NCBI RefSeq assembly: GCF_000196355.1
Contig: NC_007614.1
Location: forward strand, 2,730,001 to 2,762,000
From: Nitrosospira multiformis ATCC 25196
GTDB taxonomy: Bacteria; Pseudomonadota; Gammaproteobacteria; Burkholderiales; Nitrosomonadaceae
Length of the DNA: 32,000 bases
Direction of reading: 5' to 3'
Position 1 is the first letter of the stretch; the number at the start of each line of letters is the position of its first letter. Below, piece after piece: positions 1 through 9,235 of the stretch. The translations under genes and the position numbers were made by a program. The notes under the pieces are model-generated. The model was given only the letters and a program-made list of their open reading frames with translations. It made no database searches and was not told where the DNA came from.

Positions 1-40
1 CCCTAAGTCTACTATTCCTGCTATTCGTCCAGTATTTCTG

Positions 41-226
41 CTATTTGGTTAAAATGAGCTTACCGTTACGGGTACGCCGCAAGCGATATTGTTCGCCCTG
101 ATGCTGGATAAACACCTCATCACCGTGGGAAAACAGCGCATCGCTATAGATGCATCGAGTCCGATCCAGCATGACGAACTTTTGTTTATCCGCGTTGGTT
201 TCAGGAACTGTGAGTAACTTATCCAT
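41..226 (-). CDS. hemP: Hemin uptake protein HemP family (short form, 61 aa)
   Basis: The C-terminus 'DEVFIQHQGEQYRLRRTRNGKLILTK' matches the HemP family signature (H-x-G-x-x-Y-x-L-R-x-T-x-x-G-K-L-I-L-T-K). The 94-aa ORF in the track would include the promoter/Fur-like region, so the internal Met at 226 is the more likely start. Confidence 0.85.
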   Translation of the reverse strand: MDKLLTVPETNADKQKFVMLDRTRCIYSDALFSHGDEVFIQHQGEQYRLRRTRNGKLILTK

Positions 227-247
227 GGCGCCGCTTCCGCAGTTATT

Positions 248-291
248 AATGAGAATGATTCGTATTATAGGCGACTTTGGGTGAAATGCAA
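248..291 (-). promoter_or_regulatory. Putative hemP promoter overlapping a Fur-like box
   Basis: Minus strand: TTGCAT (291-286), 16-nt spacer, perfect TATAAT (269-264). It overlaps plus-strand AATGAGAATGATTCGTATTAT (248-268), which resembles Fur boxes built from NAT(A/T)AT hexamers. Confidence 0.55.
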
Positions 292-544
292 GAAGTGAAT
301 AAAAAATTTTCTTGATATTTTTCAACAGATCGGTCGAAGGATCGCAAGTGATTTGCGTTGACCCCAGGTGTAGAATCAGATACTCCTATCCGGTAGGGTT
401 ATCGTCGGTATAATATCCTCGGTCAGCATATGATTTATTTTCGCATCACACCCTGCAACATCACCATTATTCGCATCCTGCAGGCTCGCATGGATACTTC
501 CCGTCATCTGTAGAACACCCGCGCAAAGCTGTCCTGTGCGCTAA

Positions 545-1366
545 ATGCAAAATTTTTCCATTCTTCCACATGAAATGGCCGCAAGTCTCTGGCGCAACAG
601 AGATTTGATTGTCGCGCTTACCAAACGTGAAGTCATCGGGCGCTACCGCGGCTCTGTCATGGGCATGGCGTGGTCCTTCTTCAACCCATTGCTCATGCTC
701 GTGATTTATACGTTCGTATTTTCAGTGGTGTTCAAGGCGCGCTGGGGAGTGGGTGGAGAAGAAAGCAAAGCAGATTTCGCGATTATTCTTTTTGTCGGCA
801 TGATCGTGCATGGCCTGTTCGCCGAGTGCATCAACCGCGCACCCGCCTTGATCCTGTCGAACGTCAATTACGTGAAAAAAGTCATTTTCCCGCTGGAAAT
901 ACTCCCTTGGGTAGCATTCGGCTCCGCGCTGTTTCACACGGTTATCAGCGTTGGCGTGCTGTTGCTGGCACAGCTCCTTATCAGCCATCAACTGCCCTGG
1001 ACTGTGATCCTTTTTCCCTTGGTCCTGCTTCCGCTCATTTTTATTTCGATGGGCTTTGCCTGGTTCCTGGCAGCCTTTGGCGTATTCGTGCGCGATATCG
1101 GACAGCTCACGGGAATGTTCACCACCGTGCTATTGTTTCTTTCCCCCGTGTTTTACCCCTTGAGCATCCTGCCTGAAAAATACCAGGGTTTATTACAGCT
1201 TAACCCGCTTGCGTTCATCATCGAGGAAGGAAGAAAGGTGCTCGTCTTCGGACAACTGCCGGACTTCGGTCACTGGAGCACCATGATGATTGCCTCCTTG
1301 CTGATGGCATGGGCAGGATTCGCCTGGTTTCAGAAAACCCGCAAGGGATTTGCCGATGTTCTCTGA
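545..1366 (+). CDS. wzm: ABC-2 type polysaccharide/O-antigen export permease (Wzm-like)
   Basis: 273 aa, multiple hydrophobic helices. 'LTKREVIGRYRGSVMGMAWSFFNPLLMLVIYTFVFSVVF' is typical of the ABC-2 polysaccharide exporter permease family. Followed by the cognate ATPase. Confidence 0.92.
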   Translation: MQNFSILPHEMAASLWRNRDLIVALTKREVIGRYRGSVMGMAWSFFNPLLMLVIYTFVFSVVFKARWGVGGEESKADFAIILFVGMIVHGLFAECINRAPALILSNVNYVKKVIFPLEILPWVAFGSALFHTVISVGVLLLAQLLISHQLPWTVILFPLVLLPLIFISMGFAWFLAAFGVFVRDIGQLTGMFTTVLLFLSPVFYPLSILPEKYQGLLQLNPLAFIIEEGRKVLVFGQLPDFGHWSTMMIASLLMAWAGFAWFQKTRKGFADVL

Positions 1367-2822
1367 AGGAGAAAACGTCGCCAAAGCGACAATCCCGCTC
1401 GCTCTTGAATCAGCGGAGAAGAATCTCGAAACGAGCAACGAAAATGAAAAGGCAAGGAGAAGTTCCAGTGATACCGCCATCAGTGTTCGTGGCATTTCAA
1501 AATGCTACCAAATCTATGACGCACCTCGCGATCGGCTAAAGCAATTCATCATCCCGCGTCTTCGCCTGGCGAGACAACAGTCTCGCCAGTATTTCCGCGA
1601 GTTCTGGGCGCTCAAGGGTATCTCCTTTGAAGTAAGGAAAGGTGAAACGGTAGGCATCATTGGCCGTAATGGATCAGGCAAATCTACGCTATTGCAGATA
1701 ATCTGCGGCACCCTGACGCCGACGGCGGGAAGCGTAGAAACGAGGGGGCGCATTGCCGCCTTGCTGGAGTTAGGCTCCGGCTTCAATCCCGAATTTACGG
1801 GACGTGAAAACATCTACATGAATGGCGCAGTACTTGGATTGACTCGCGAGGAAATCGACGACCGCTTTGACTCGATCGTATCGTTTGCAGACATTGGGCA
1901 GTTCATCGACCAGCCAGTCAAGACCTATTCGAGCGGCATGTCCGTGCGCCTTGCTTTTGCGGTGCAGGCTCAGGTTGATCCGGATATCCTGATCGTGGAC
2001 GAAGCACTCTCCGTGGGAGATGTAAGGTTCCAGGCCAAGTGTTTTGCACGCCTGCAGCAACTGAAAGATAACGGCACCAGCGTGTTGCTGGTCACTCATT
2101 CGAGCGAACAAATCGTCACTCACTGCTCCAGTGCGCTCCTGTTGAATGATGGCATGCAGTTTGAAATTGGCGAACCCCGGCACGTTGTAAACCGCTACCT
2201 CGACCTGCTGTTTGGCAAGGAAAGACGCAACCCCGACTCCCCCCAAGCCCAACCAGGAGATATATTTCAGGAAGACAAAGGATATGCTGAGTCTGCATAT
2301 CAGCTAAGCACTGACAGCGACGTCTTTCAAACCCGCAATGGGTATAACACGCATGAGTATCGGTGGGGTGACGGCACCGCCTCCATTCTGGATTTCTACC
2401 TTGCTGCGAATGGAGAACCCTATCCCTCAGCAATTACCGTGGGACAGACTGTCACCCTTGCAGTATCCATCAAATTCCACAGCGATATGTGGCGGCCCAT
2501 ATTGGGTATCACCATCAAGACCAAGGATGGCGTGACCATATCCGGTACCAACTCGGAGATGGCCGACCTGCTAGACTTGCAGGCGCTCGTAAAGAAAGGA
2601 GCAATTCTGGTTGGCAAATGCAGTTTCCAATGCAGACTCGGTCCGGGTGATTATTTTGTTTCGCTCGGCCTTGCTACACGAGAAAATGACGAAATCATTC
2701 CGCACGATCGGCGTTACGATTCGATACATTTTATAGTTGAGCCACACAATAAATTCCATGGCTTGGCTGACCTCGCTCTTGACCTCTCGATTTCCCATAT
2801 AGTCGAATCAAATCAGATCTGA
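1350..2822 (+). CDS. wzt: Polysaccharide/O-antigen ABC transporter ATP-binding protein with C-terminal Wzt-like carbohydrate-binding domain
   Basis: Walker A 'GIIGRNGSGKST', signature 'YSSGMSVRLAFAVQ', Walker B 'DILIVDEAL'. The extra C-terminal region of about 200 aa is as in Wzt proteins. Overlaps the permease gene by 17 bp. Confidence 0.93.
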   Translation: MPMFSEGENVAKATIPLALESAEKNLETSNENEKARRSSSDTAISVRGISKCYQIYDAPRDRLKQFIIPRLRLARQQSRQYFREFWALKGISFEVRKGETVGIIGRNGSGKSTLLQIICGTLTPTAGSVETRGRIAALLELGSGFNPEFTGRENIYMNGAVLGLTREEIDDRFDSIVSFADIGQFIDQPVKTYSSGMSVRLAFAVQAQVDPDILIVDEALSVGDVRFQAKCFARLQQLKDNGTSVLLVTHSSEQIVTHCSSALLLNDGMQFEIGEPRHVVNRYLDLLFGKERRNPDSPQAQPGDIFQEDKGYAESAYQLSTDSDVFQTRNGYNTHEYRWGDGTASILDFYLAANGEPYPSAITVGQTVTLAVSIKFHSDMWRPILGITIKTKDGVTISGTNSEMADLLDLQALVKKGAILVGKCSFQCRLGPGDYFVSLGLATRENDEIIPHDRRYDSIHFIVEPHNKFHGLADLALDLSISHIVESNQI

Positions 2823-2865
2823 CGTTATCCCAAACTTTGCAAGCGACTGTTCATACTTGGTTTTT

Positions 2866-5856
2866 ATGAAAAACCTCTCGCCAACTTATGTATTCGACAT
2901 CCAGGAACAACTCTGGTCTCGTCCAGGGTATGGCGGTATTAACTACAGCGATGGGGATGACATCGAGTTGCAGATAGCGAAAGTGATCGCGGAGGCGGCA
3001 GATATTACTGTCCTTTCAAGGGAACTGCGACAACATTGCACTGATTGGCCTTTTCTCTACCATTTGTCCGCGAGCCGTGCGAATATCTTGCGCCCATTTG
3101 CAACCACTCTAACCGGCGACATTCTGGAAATTGGCGCGGGTTGTGGCGCAATCACACGCTATCTCGGTGAGGCTGGTGCAAATATCCTGGCCTTAGAGGG
3201 AAGCCCAAGACGGGCCGCTATTGCTCGTTCCAGAACCCGGGATCTCGAAAACGTAACGGTACTGGCGGAAAAATTCGACCAGTTTGAATGTGACCATCAA
3301 TTTGATTTAATCACTCTCATTGGCGTACTTGAGTACGCCAATCTCTTCACGACTGGCGAGAATCCAGCCCTTGCCATGCTCCAGCGCGTCCGGTCTTTAC
3401 TCAAGCCGGAAGGCACACTGATACTCGCCATCGAAAACCAGTTGGGCTTGAAATATTTTGCTGGCGCATTGGAAGATCATATCGGCCAGCCCATGTACGG
3501 GATCGAGGGGCGATACACCCGGAATCAACCCCAAACATTTGGTCGAATGGTTCTGTCGAATCTGATGAAAGAAGCCGGTTTCACCACCATCGAGTTTTTG
3601 GCTCCATTTCCGGATTACAAGCTGCCCGTTTCGATTTTGACTGAAGAAGGCCTTTCTAGTAAGGAGTTTGATGGTGCGGCATTGGCTTGGCAAAGCGTAA
3701 GGCGAGATCACCAACTCCCCTTAAGCACGAACTTTTCCATAGAAATGGTTTGGCTCGAGGTATTCAAGAACGGATTGGCTTTGGATATGGCTAATTCTTT
3801 CTTGCTTGCAGCATCGCCGCTTCAACAAAAGATCGTTAAAGCGGGCATTCTAGGGTACCACTACAGTACTGATAGGATCCCTCAATATTGCAAAGAAACG
3901 ATTTTTCAGCGTATTGAAAATAGCACCACGGTCAATTATCGGATGTTAGGTAGTAGTCTTTTGGATAATCGGACAGACCAAGTCATTAAATTCGCATGTC
4001 CGGACAGAGCAATCTATGCAGAAGGATTTCCCTTGTCTCTAGAGTTTACACGACTGCTTACGAGCGACGGCTGGTCAATGAGCGGGGTTGGACTCCTTAT
4101 TCACCGCTATATTGGTTTGCTCGAATTCATTGCGAATCAAAAAGGGCACGCGTGGGACAAACCTTTACCACATAGGTTGCCCGGCGAATTTTTCGACATG
4201 GTCCCACAAAATATCATTATCGATAAAAATGGAGAACCTGTTTCCATAGATACAGAATGGGTATTGAAAAATGGTATTGAGGCTGGCTGGCTTCTATTTC
4301 GCTCTTTGCTGTTGACGATTGATTCGATCATGTGTTTTGGCAGAAATTTAGCAGAACAAAAATTTTCACGAAGGGAATTTATCATATCAGCCCTCGATGC
4401 AGCAGGATTCGCACTCACCAATGAAGATTTCCAGCGATTTATTGAATTGGAGGCCGATGTACAGCAGGAGGTAACAGGGCGTCCTTCGCATGAATTCGTA
4501 AACTGGCGGCCAGAACACCCATTGCCGACCTATTCTCCGGTTAAGCATGGCGGAGAAATTGGCGCCTTGCAGAGCGAAGTTGGCGTGGCGTGGCGTGAGA
4601 TTGATATGATGCGTGATGAAATCGATGTGGCAAGGGCGAAAATCGAAATGCTGCACGAAGAACTCGATGCGTTATATCGCTCAACTTCTTGGAGGATTAC
4701 CGCGCCTCTTCGGGGTATGCGGCGACTTATTACCCGATTCGCAGACAGACCGAGTCCTTTAAGTCTAGCCCGTGCTACTCTGAAACACGGAACGGAATGC
4801 TATCAGACAAAGTTGCTAGCTGATCCACAAGTGTCGAGGCAACGCATCGTACACGTAATTGGCAACTTTCTTACTGGCGGTTCGTCCAGACTGGTGGTCG
4901 ATTTATTTGAGCGTCTCGGTCACCTCTATGAACAGGAGGTCGTCACTCAATATAACCCTGATCCCCCTAACTATACGGGGATTCCGATCCACGAATTTTC
5001 CGGTGGAGACGCTTGGGATAAATTTATAACCTACTTGCGATTGTACCGGCCTGATCTTGTTCACGTGCACTATTGGGAGGATCCACACTGGTACGGAACG
5101 ATGATAAAGGCGGCCCGTGAATTCGGCTGCAAGATAATACAAAACGTCAACACTCCAACTGCTCCTTATATGGACAGTTGTATCAGCCGCTACATATATG
5201 TCAGTGACTACGTAAAAACCCGGTTTGGAAAGAGGGATCAGCCGAGCATTACGATCTACCCGGGCAGCAACTTCAAATTATTTTCGAGAGATAAATCTCG
5301 ACCAGTACCTGACGATTGCATCGGCATGGTTTATAGGCTGGATATCGATAAACTCCATAGGAAATCGATTGATGTTTTCATAAAGGTTGTCCAGAAAAGG
5401 CCGCAGACAAAAGTAATTATTGTTGGCGGGGGGCCCTACCTGGAGCCTTATAAAGCGGCGGTCAAGGCGGGGAAAGTTGAACATGCTTTTACTTTTACGG
5501 GTTTTGTTCCTTATGAAAGCCTGATCGGGTTCTATGCCCGGATGAGCCTTTTTGTGGCTCCCGTCTGGAAAGAAAGCTTTGGGCAGGTCGGTCCCTTTGC
5601 TATGAGCATGGGCTTGCCAGTGGTGGGCTACAATGTCGGCGCCTTGGCGGAGATCGTGGGCGACTGCGGTCTTCTTGCCCCACGAGGCAACAGCGAAGCG
5701 CTAGCCGAAATCATTATCGGCCTGCTGGATGATAAGGAGCGCCGTGAACAAATAGGCTCCCGTAATCGGGATCGGGCTCACAAATTATTTTCCGTCGAAA
5801 ACATGGTAAATGACTACCTCAAGCTGTACCAGGAGCTAATAGGCAACACCCAATGA
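2866..5856 (+). CDS. Bifunctional SAM-dependent methyltransferase / GT4-family glycosyltransferase fusion
   Basis: N-terminal methyltransferase motif 'DILEIGAGCGAITRYLGE'. Central coiled-coil linker 'REIDMMRDEIDVARAKIEMLHEELDALYRSTSWRITAPLRGMRRL'. C-terminal GT-B features 'YRLDIDKLHRKSIDVFIKVVQKRPQTKVIIVGGGPYLEPYK' and 'ESFGQVGPFAMSMGLPVVGYNVGALAEIVGD'. The ORF track starts at TTG 2857, but ATG 2866 is more likely. Confidence 0.88.
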   Translation: MKNLSPTYVFDIQEQLWSRPGYGGINYSDGDDIELQIAKVIAEAADITVLSRELRQHCTDWPFLYHLSASRANILRPFATTLTGDILEIGAGCGAITRYLGEAGANILALEGSPRRAAIARSRTRDLENVTVLAEKFDQFECDHQFDLITLIGVLEYANLFTTGENPALAMLQRVRSLLKPEGTLILAIENQLGLKYFAGALEDHIGQPMYGIEGRYTRNQPQTFGRMVLSNLMKEAGFTTIEFLAPFPDYKLPVSILTEEGLSSKEFDGAALAWQSVRRDHQLPLSTNFSIEMVWLEVFKNGLALDMANSFLLAASPLQQKIVKAGILGYHYSTDRIPQYCKETIFQRIENSTTVNYRMLGSSLLDNRTDQVIKFACPDRAIYAEGFPLSLEFTRLLTSDGWSMSGVGLLIHRYIGLLEFIANQKGHAWDKPLPHRLPGEFFDMVPQNIIIDKNGEPVSIDTEWVLKNGIEAGWLLFRSLLLTIDSIMCFGRNLAEQKFSRREFIISALDAAGFALTNEDFQRFIELEADVQQEVTGRPSHEFVNWRPEHPLPTYSPVKHGGEIGALQSEVGVAWREIDMMRDEIDVARAKIEMLHEELDALYRSTSWRITAPLRGMRRLITRFADRPSPLSLARATLKHGTECYQTKLLADPQVSRQRIVHVIGNFLTGGSSRLVVDLFERLGHLYEQEVVTQYNPDPPNYTGIPIHEFSGGDAWDKFITYLRLYRPDLVHVHYWEDPHWYGTMIKAAREFGCKIIQNVNTPTAPYMDSCISRYIYVSDYVKTRFGKRDQPSITIYPGSNFKLFSRDKSRPVPDDCIGMVYRLDIDKLHRKSIDVFIKVVQKRPQTKVIIVGGGPYLEPYKAAVKAGKVEHAFTFTGFVPYESLIGFYARMSLFVAPVWKESFGQVGPFAMSMGLPVVGYNVGALAEIVGDCGLLAPRGNSEALAEIIIGLLDDKERREQIGSRNRDRAHKLFSVENMVNDYLKLYQELIGNTQ

Positions 5857-7211
5857 AGGTAGCATTGTATGTTCACTGTTTCTTTCCGGGACATTATCAT
5901 GGGACGGAAACTTATACGTTGGCTCTTGCGGAAAACCTGAAAAAGCTTGGCCATGAACCCGTGGTAGTGAGCGCCATATTCGAGGGAGAAAAAAAAGCCA
6001 AAAGCCTTATCACACGTTACGACTACAACGGCATCCCTGTCTATTGCATAGACAAGAATCATATCCCTCAAATGAGTTTGAGGGATACGTATTATCAACC
6101 CGAGCTGCGGCACATCCACGCAAATCTGCTTCACGAATTGCAGCCTGATATCGTTCATGTCACTCATCTGCTTAACCATACGGCGATCCTGCTGGATGTG
6201 ATCAAGGATTTGGAGATACCCGCTGTCGCAACTTTTACCGATTTCTTTGGTTTTTGCATGAACGTGAAATTGGAAGGGGCGAATGGCGACTTGTGCAAAG
6301 GCCCTAACTCAGAACGAACGAACTGCTTCACCTGTTGCGCCAAGGCCGGCATCAAACGGGCATATCCCGCAATGAGTGAACAACGCTTCAATAAATTGGC
6401 TTCCCTGCTCCGGCTAGGCTGCATTTCATTTAATGCTGTACATAGGCTGCCGGTACTAAGGCGCAGTCAATTATCCAGCCAGCTAGAGGTGATAAAGGTG
6501 CGCCCTGAGCTCTTGTCAGAACGTTACAGTCTCTATCGGGCCGTCATTGCCCCCACGCGATTCCTGCAATCTGCTTATGAGGCCAACGGGTTTACCTCGG
6601 TTCCTATCCACAAAATTCACTTTGGCGTTGATCTGGACCGGAAACCAAAGCCGGGGCGGTCGGGGTCAGCGCCTACCCGTTTTGGTTTTATTGGACAGAT
6701 TGCGCCGCACAAGGGAACAGCTTTGCTGGTGGAAGCCTTCTGCCGGTTACCGGCAGGTCAAGGCGAACTACATATTTATGGATCAGAGAGCCAGCATCCT
6801 GCCTATTTCCAGGCTCTGAAGCAGCATTGCGCCGGTTTCGCGGTCTACTTTCATGGCACTTTTCCAACTGGCCAAATAAGACCTGTTCTGGATGAAATGG
6901 ATTTTTTGGTCATTCCTTCCACGTGGTATGAAAATAGCCCGCTCGTACTGCTCAACGCGCTTGCCAGCCATACCCCAGTGATCGTATCCGACGTCGAAGG
7001 CCTGACGGAGTTTTTGCAACCGGATGTAAACGGCTACAAGTTTGCTCGGGGCGATGTGGATGACCTGGAGCGAGTGATGCTCCAGGTCATCACCAGCAAA
7101 GAAAATATGCACAGGCTCATCCATTCCACCAATTATCCAAAGACCAGCATGAGCATGACAGAAGAGGTTCTGGAAGTTTATTCTTCGATCCTAAAAGAGA
7201 AGATTGCATGA
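5853..7211 (+). CDS. Glycosyltransferase family 4 protein
   Basis: 'CFFPGHYHGTETYTLALAENLKKLGHEPVVVSA' N-domain and 'FGFIGQIAPHKGTALLVEAF...STWYENSPLVLLNALASHTPVIVSDVEGLTEFL' C-domain. ATGA overlap with the upstream gene. Confidence 0.9.
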   Translation: MKVALYVHCFFPGHYHGTETYTLALAENLKKLGHEPVVVSAIFEGEKKAKSLITRYDYNGIPVYCIDKNHIPQMSLRDTYYQPELRHIHANLLHELQPDIVHVTHLLNHTAILLDVIKDLEIPAVATFTDFFGFCMNVKLEGANGDLCKGPNSERTNCFTCCAKAGIKRAYPAMSEQRFNKLASLLRLGCISFNAVHRLPVLRRSQLSSQLEVIKVRPELLSERYSLYRAVIAPTRFLQSAYEANGFTSVPIHKIHFGVDLDRKPKPGRSGSAPTRFGFIGQIAPHKGTALLVEAFCRLPAGQGELHIYGSESQHPAYFQALKQHCAGFAVYFHGTFPTGQIRPVLDEMDFLVIPSTWYENSPLVLLNALASHTPVIVSDVEGLTEFLQPDVNGYKFARGDVDDLERVMLQVITSKENMHRLIHSTNYPKTSMSMTEEVLEVYSSILKEKIA

Positions 7212-8098
7212 ATTACGAAGAAGGTTGCAGAATGCCAATTGATGAGTGGTTGGTGTTAAATCGCATCGGGATATTTGAAAATCCGTCTTTACGCCGCTAC
7301 GTCAGTCCTTTTCCCCCACCTGAATTAATGGGTATCACTTCTGGTTTGCAGTCCGAAACAGGTTTTGCTGCCCACGGGGCGGACATTTACGCTGCACTGG
7401 CACTCGCCTCGACCATACCAATTACCGAATATCGCCATATCCTGGATTTTGGCTGCGGTTGCGGGCGGCTTGCTCGCATGCTTAAAGGCCACCCCCACAA
7501 GATTTCGGGCTGCGACATCGATCTTCGCCACGTGAAGTGGATCGGCCAAAGCCTGGATTTCATGAATGTGAAGCTTTCATCCGTCAGACCGCCGATTCCC
7601 TTTGCTGATGACGAGATGGACGCTGTCATTTCAGTCTCGATTTTCACCCACCTGACGGAAAACAGTCAGGATGACTTTCTTGCTGAGTTATTTCGCGTAA
7701 CACGCCCCGGCGGAACATTATTTCTGACCGTACATGGTGCGCAGGCTCTTAAAAGAGCATGTCACGAGCAACCCATTCGGCACATGCTCGATATGGATGA
7801 AGGACGATTTAGAAAAGCCCAGCAAGCGTTCAACCAAAACAAGCACGGTTTCGTCCTTCAATTTGGACACCTTACGACCAAGCCTGAAAAAGCATTTTAC
7901 ACACCCCGCGCCATTTTCAGACGGATACGCGACTCCTTTTCACGAAAAACGATAAATATGCCCTTCGAATATGGAATTGCGTTTCATCCGGAATCATATA
8001 TTCGGGAACACTGGAGCAAATGGTTCGATATTTTGGATTACCGTCATGGCGCAATTCACCAGTTTCAGGATATTGTTGTCCTTTCGCCGAAAAAATGA
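7208..8098 (+). CDS. Class I SAM-dependent methyltransferase
   Basis: 'ILDFGCGCGRLARML' motif I, 'MDAVISVSIFTHLTENSQDDFLAELFRVTRPGGTLFLTVHG'. ATGA overlap with the preceding glycosyltransferase gene. Confidence 0.88.
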   Translation: MNYEEGCRMPIDEWLVLNRIGIFENPSLRRYVSPFPPPELMGITSGLQSETGFAAHGADIYAALALASTIPITEYRHILDFGCGCGRLARMLKGHPHKISGCDIDLRHVKWIGQSLDFMNVKLSSVRPPIPFADDEMDAVISVSIFTHLTENSQDDFLAELFRVTRPGGTLFLTVHGAQALKRACHEQPIRHMLDMDEGRFRKAQQAFNQNKHGFVLQFGHLTTKPEKAFYTPRAIFRRIRDSFSRKTINMPFEYGIAFHPESYIREHWSKWFDILDYRHGAIHQFQDIVVLSPKK

Positions 8099-8233
8099 AC
8101 TCCCGTTCCTGCCTTGAGCATAAATTAGTGGTGTTCCTCTCCCGCCGATCATAGGATTGAATGAAGACTTGCACTTCGTGAACCCCCTCGCGTCCCAGCC
8201 TTTTGACGCATCAATCGCACAGTCTGAGCCGTA

Positions 8234-9202
8234 ATGGCGGTAGCCGCCGTCACAGTCATCGTCGTCAACTGGAACAGCGGCAATCTGCTAAATGAATGTC
8301 TGTCACGGTTGAACCGGCAGACGCTTTTACCGGCGCGAATACTGGTCATGGATAATGGAAGTACAGACGGCTCGGCCTTATGCGCCCAGACAGCACCTGG
8401 AGTTACCTTACGAATGCTCGGCCGCAATCTAGGTTTTGCAGCGGCGAATAATCAGGCCCTGGATGAATGCGATACCGATCTTGTCGCCTTGCTCAATCCG
8501 GACGCCTTCCCTGAACCTGACTGGCTATTACGACTGGTCGCTGCAGCAGCGGCTCATCCTGATATCGCCGCCTTTGGCTCACGGCAAATGATGCATGGCT
8601 TCGCATCTACTCTGGACGGTATTGGCGACGTCTATCACATTTCCGGTCGAGTCTGGCGTAAAGGCCACGGTCTCATGCAGTTTGCCGCTGCTCATATTGC
8701 TGACAAAATCTTCTCTCCCTGTGCTGGAGCAGCTCTCTATCGCCGGGAGGCTTTAGCAGAAGTAGGTGGATTTGATGAAGACTATTTTTGCTATATCGAA
8801 GATATAGACTTGGGATTTCGTCTACAACTCGCTGGATATTCATGTTTATATGTCCCGGATGCCGTAGTGCATCACATCGGATCGGCAAGCTCTGGCGGGA
8901 AACACAGCGATTTTTCGGTGTATCACGGTCACCGCAATTTAGTTTGGACGTTTGTCAAGAATATGCCTGGATTACTGTTTTGGCTGTTGCTCCCTCTTCA
9001 TGTGCTGCTGAACCTGGGTACCTTAGTATTGTTCACCGGAAATGGACAAGGCAGGGTTATTTGGCGGGCCAAGTGGGATGCCATCAGGGGATTGCCGAGA
9101 ATGTGGAAGAAACGCACACAGATCCAGACCCGACGAATTGCCACTCCTCTTGAAATCTGGAGACTTTTAGACAAGCGTTTACTTTTTAAAAAGAAGATCT
9201 AA
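8234..9202 (+). CDS. Glycosyltransferase family 2 (rhamnosyltransferase-like)
   Basis: 'VTVIVVNWNSGNLLNECLSRLNRQTLLPARILVMDNGSTDGS' plus 'ALLNPDAFPEPDWL' and 'GFDEDYFCYIEDIDLGFRLQLAGY'. Confidence 0.9.
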   Translation: MAVAAVTVIVVNWNSGNLLNECLSRLNRQTLLPARILVMDNGSTDGSALCAQTAPGVTLRMLGRNLGFAAANNQALDECDTDLVALLNPDAFPEPDWLLRLVAAAAAHPDIAAFGSRQMMHGFASTLDGIGDVYHISGRVWRKGHGLMQFAAAHIADKIFSPCAGAALYRREALAEVGGFDEDYFCYIEDIDLGFRLQLAGYSCLYVPDAVVHHIGSASSGGKHSDFSVYHGHRNLVWTFVKNMPGLLFWLLLPLHVLLNLGTLVLFTGNGQGRVIWRAKWDAIRGLPRMWKKRTQIQTRRIATPLEIWRLLDKRLLFKKKI

Positions 9203-9235
9203 GGCAATAAGGTTGCTCATTTCATACGAGGTGCC

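Noticed and set aside
1-40. Short imperfect repeats of CTATT(C/T)CTG/CTGCTATT at the window edge
   Set aside because: Too short and too close to the window boundary to assess; possibly a terminator or low-complexity region beyond hemP.
400-420. GGTATAATATCC as a promoter for wzm
   Set aside because: A -10-like hexamer is present but no convincing -35 at the right spacing was seen, so it is not called.
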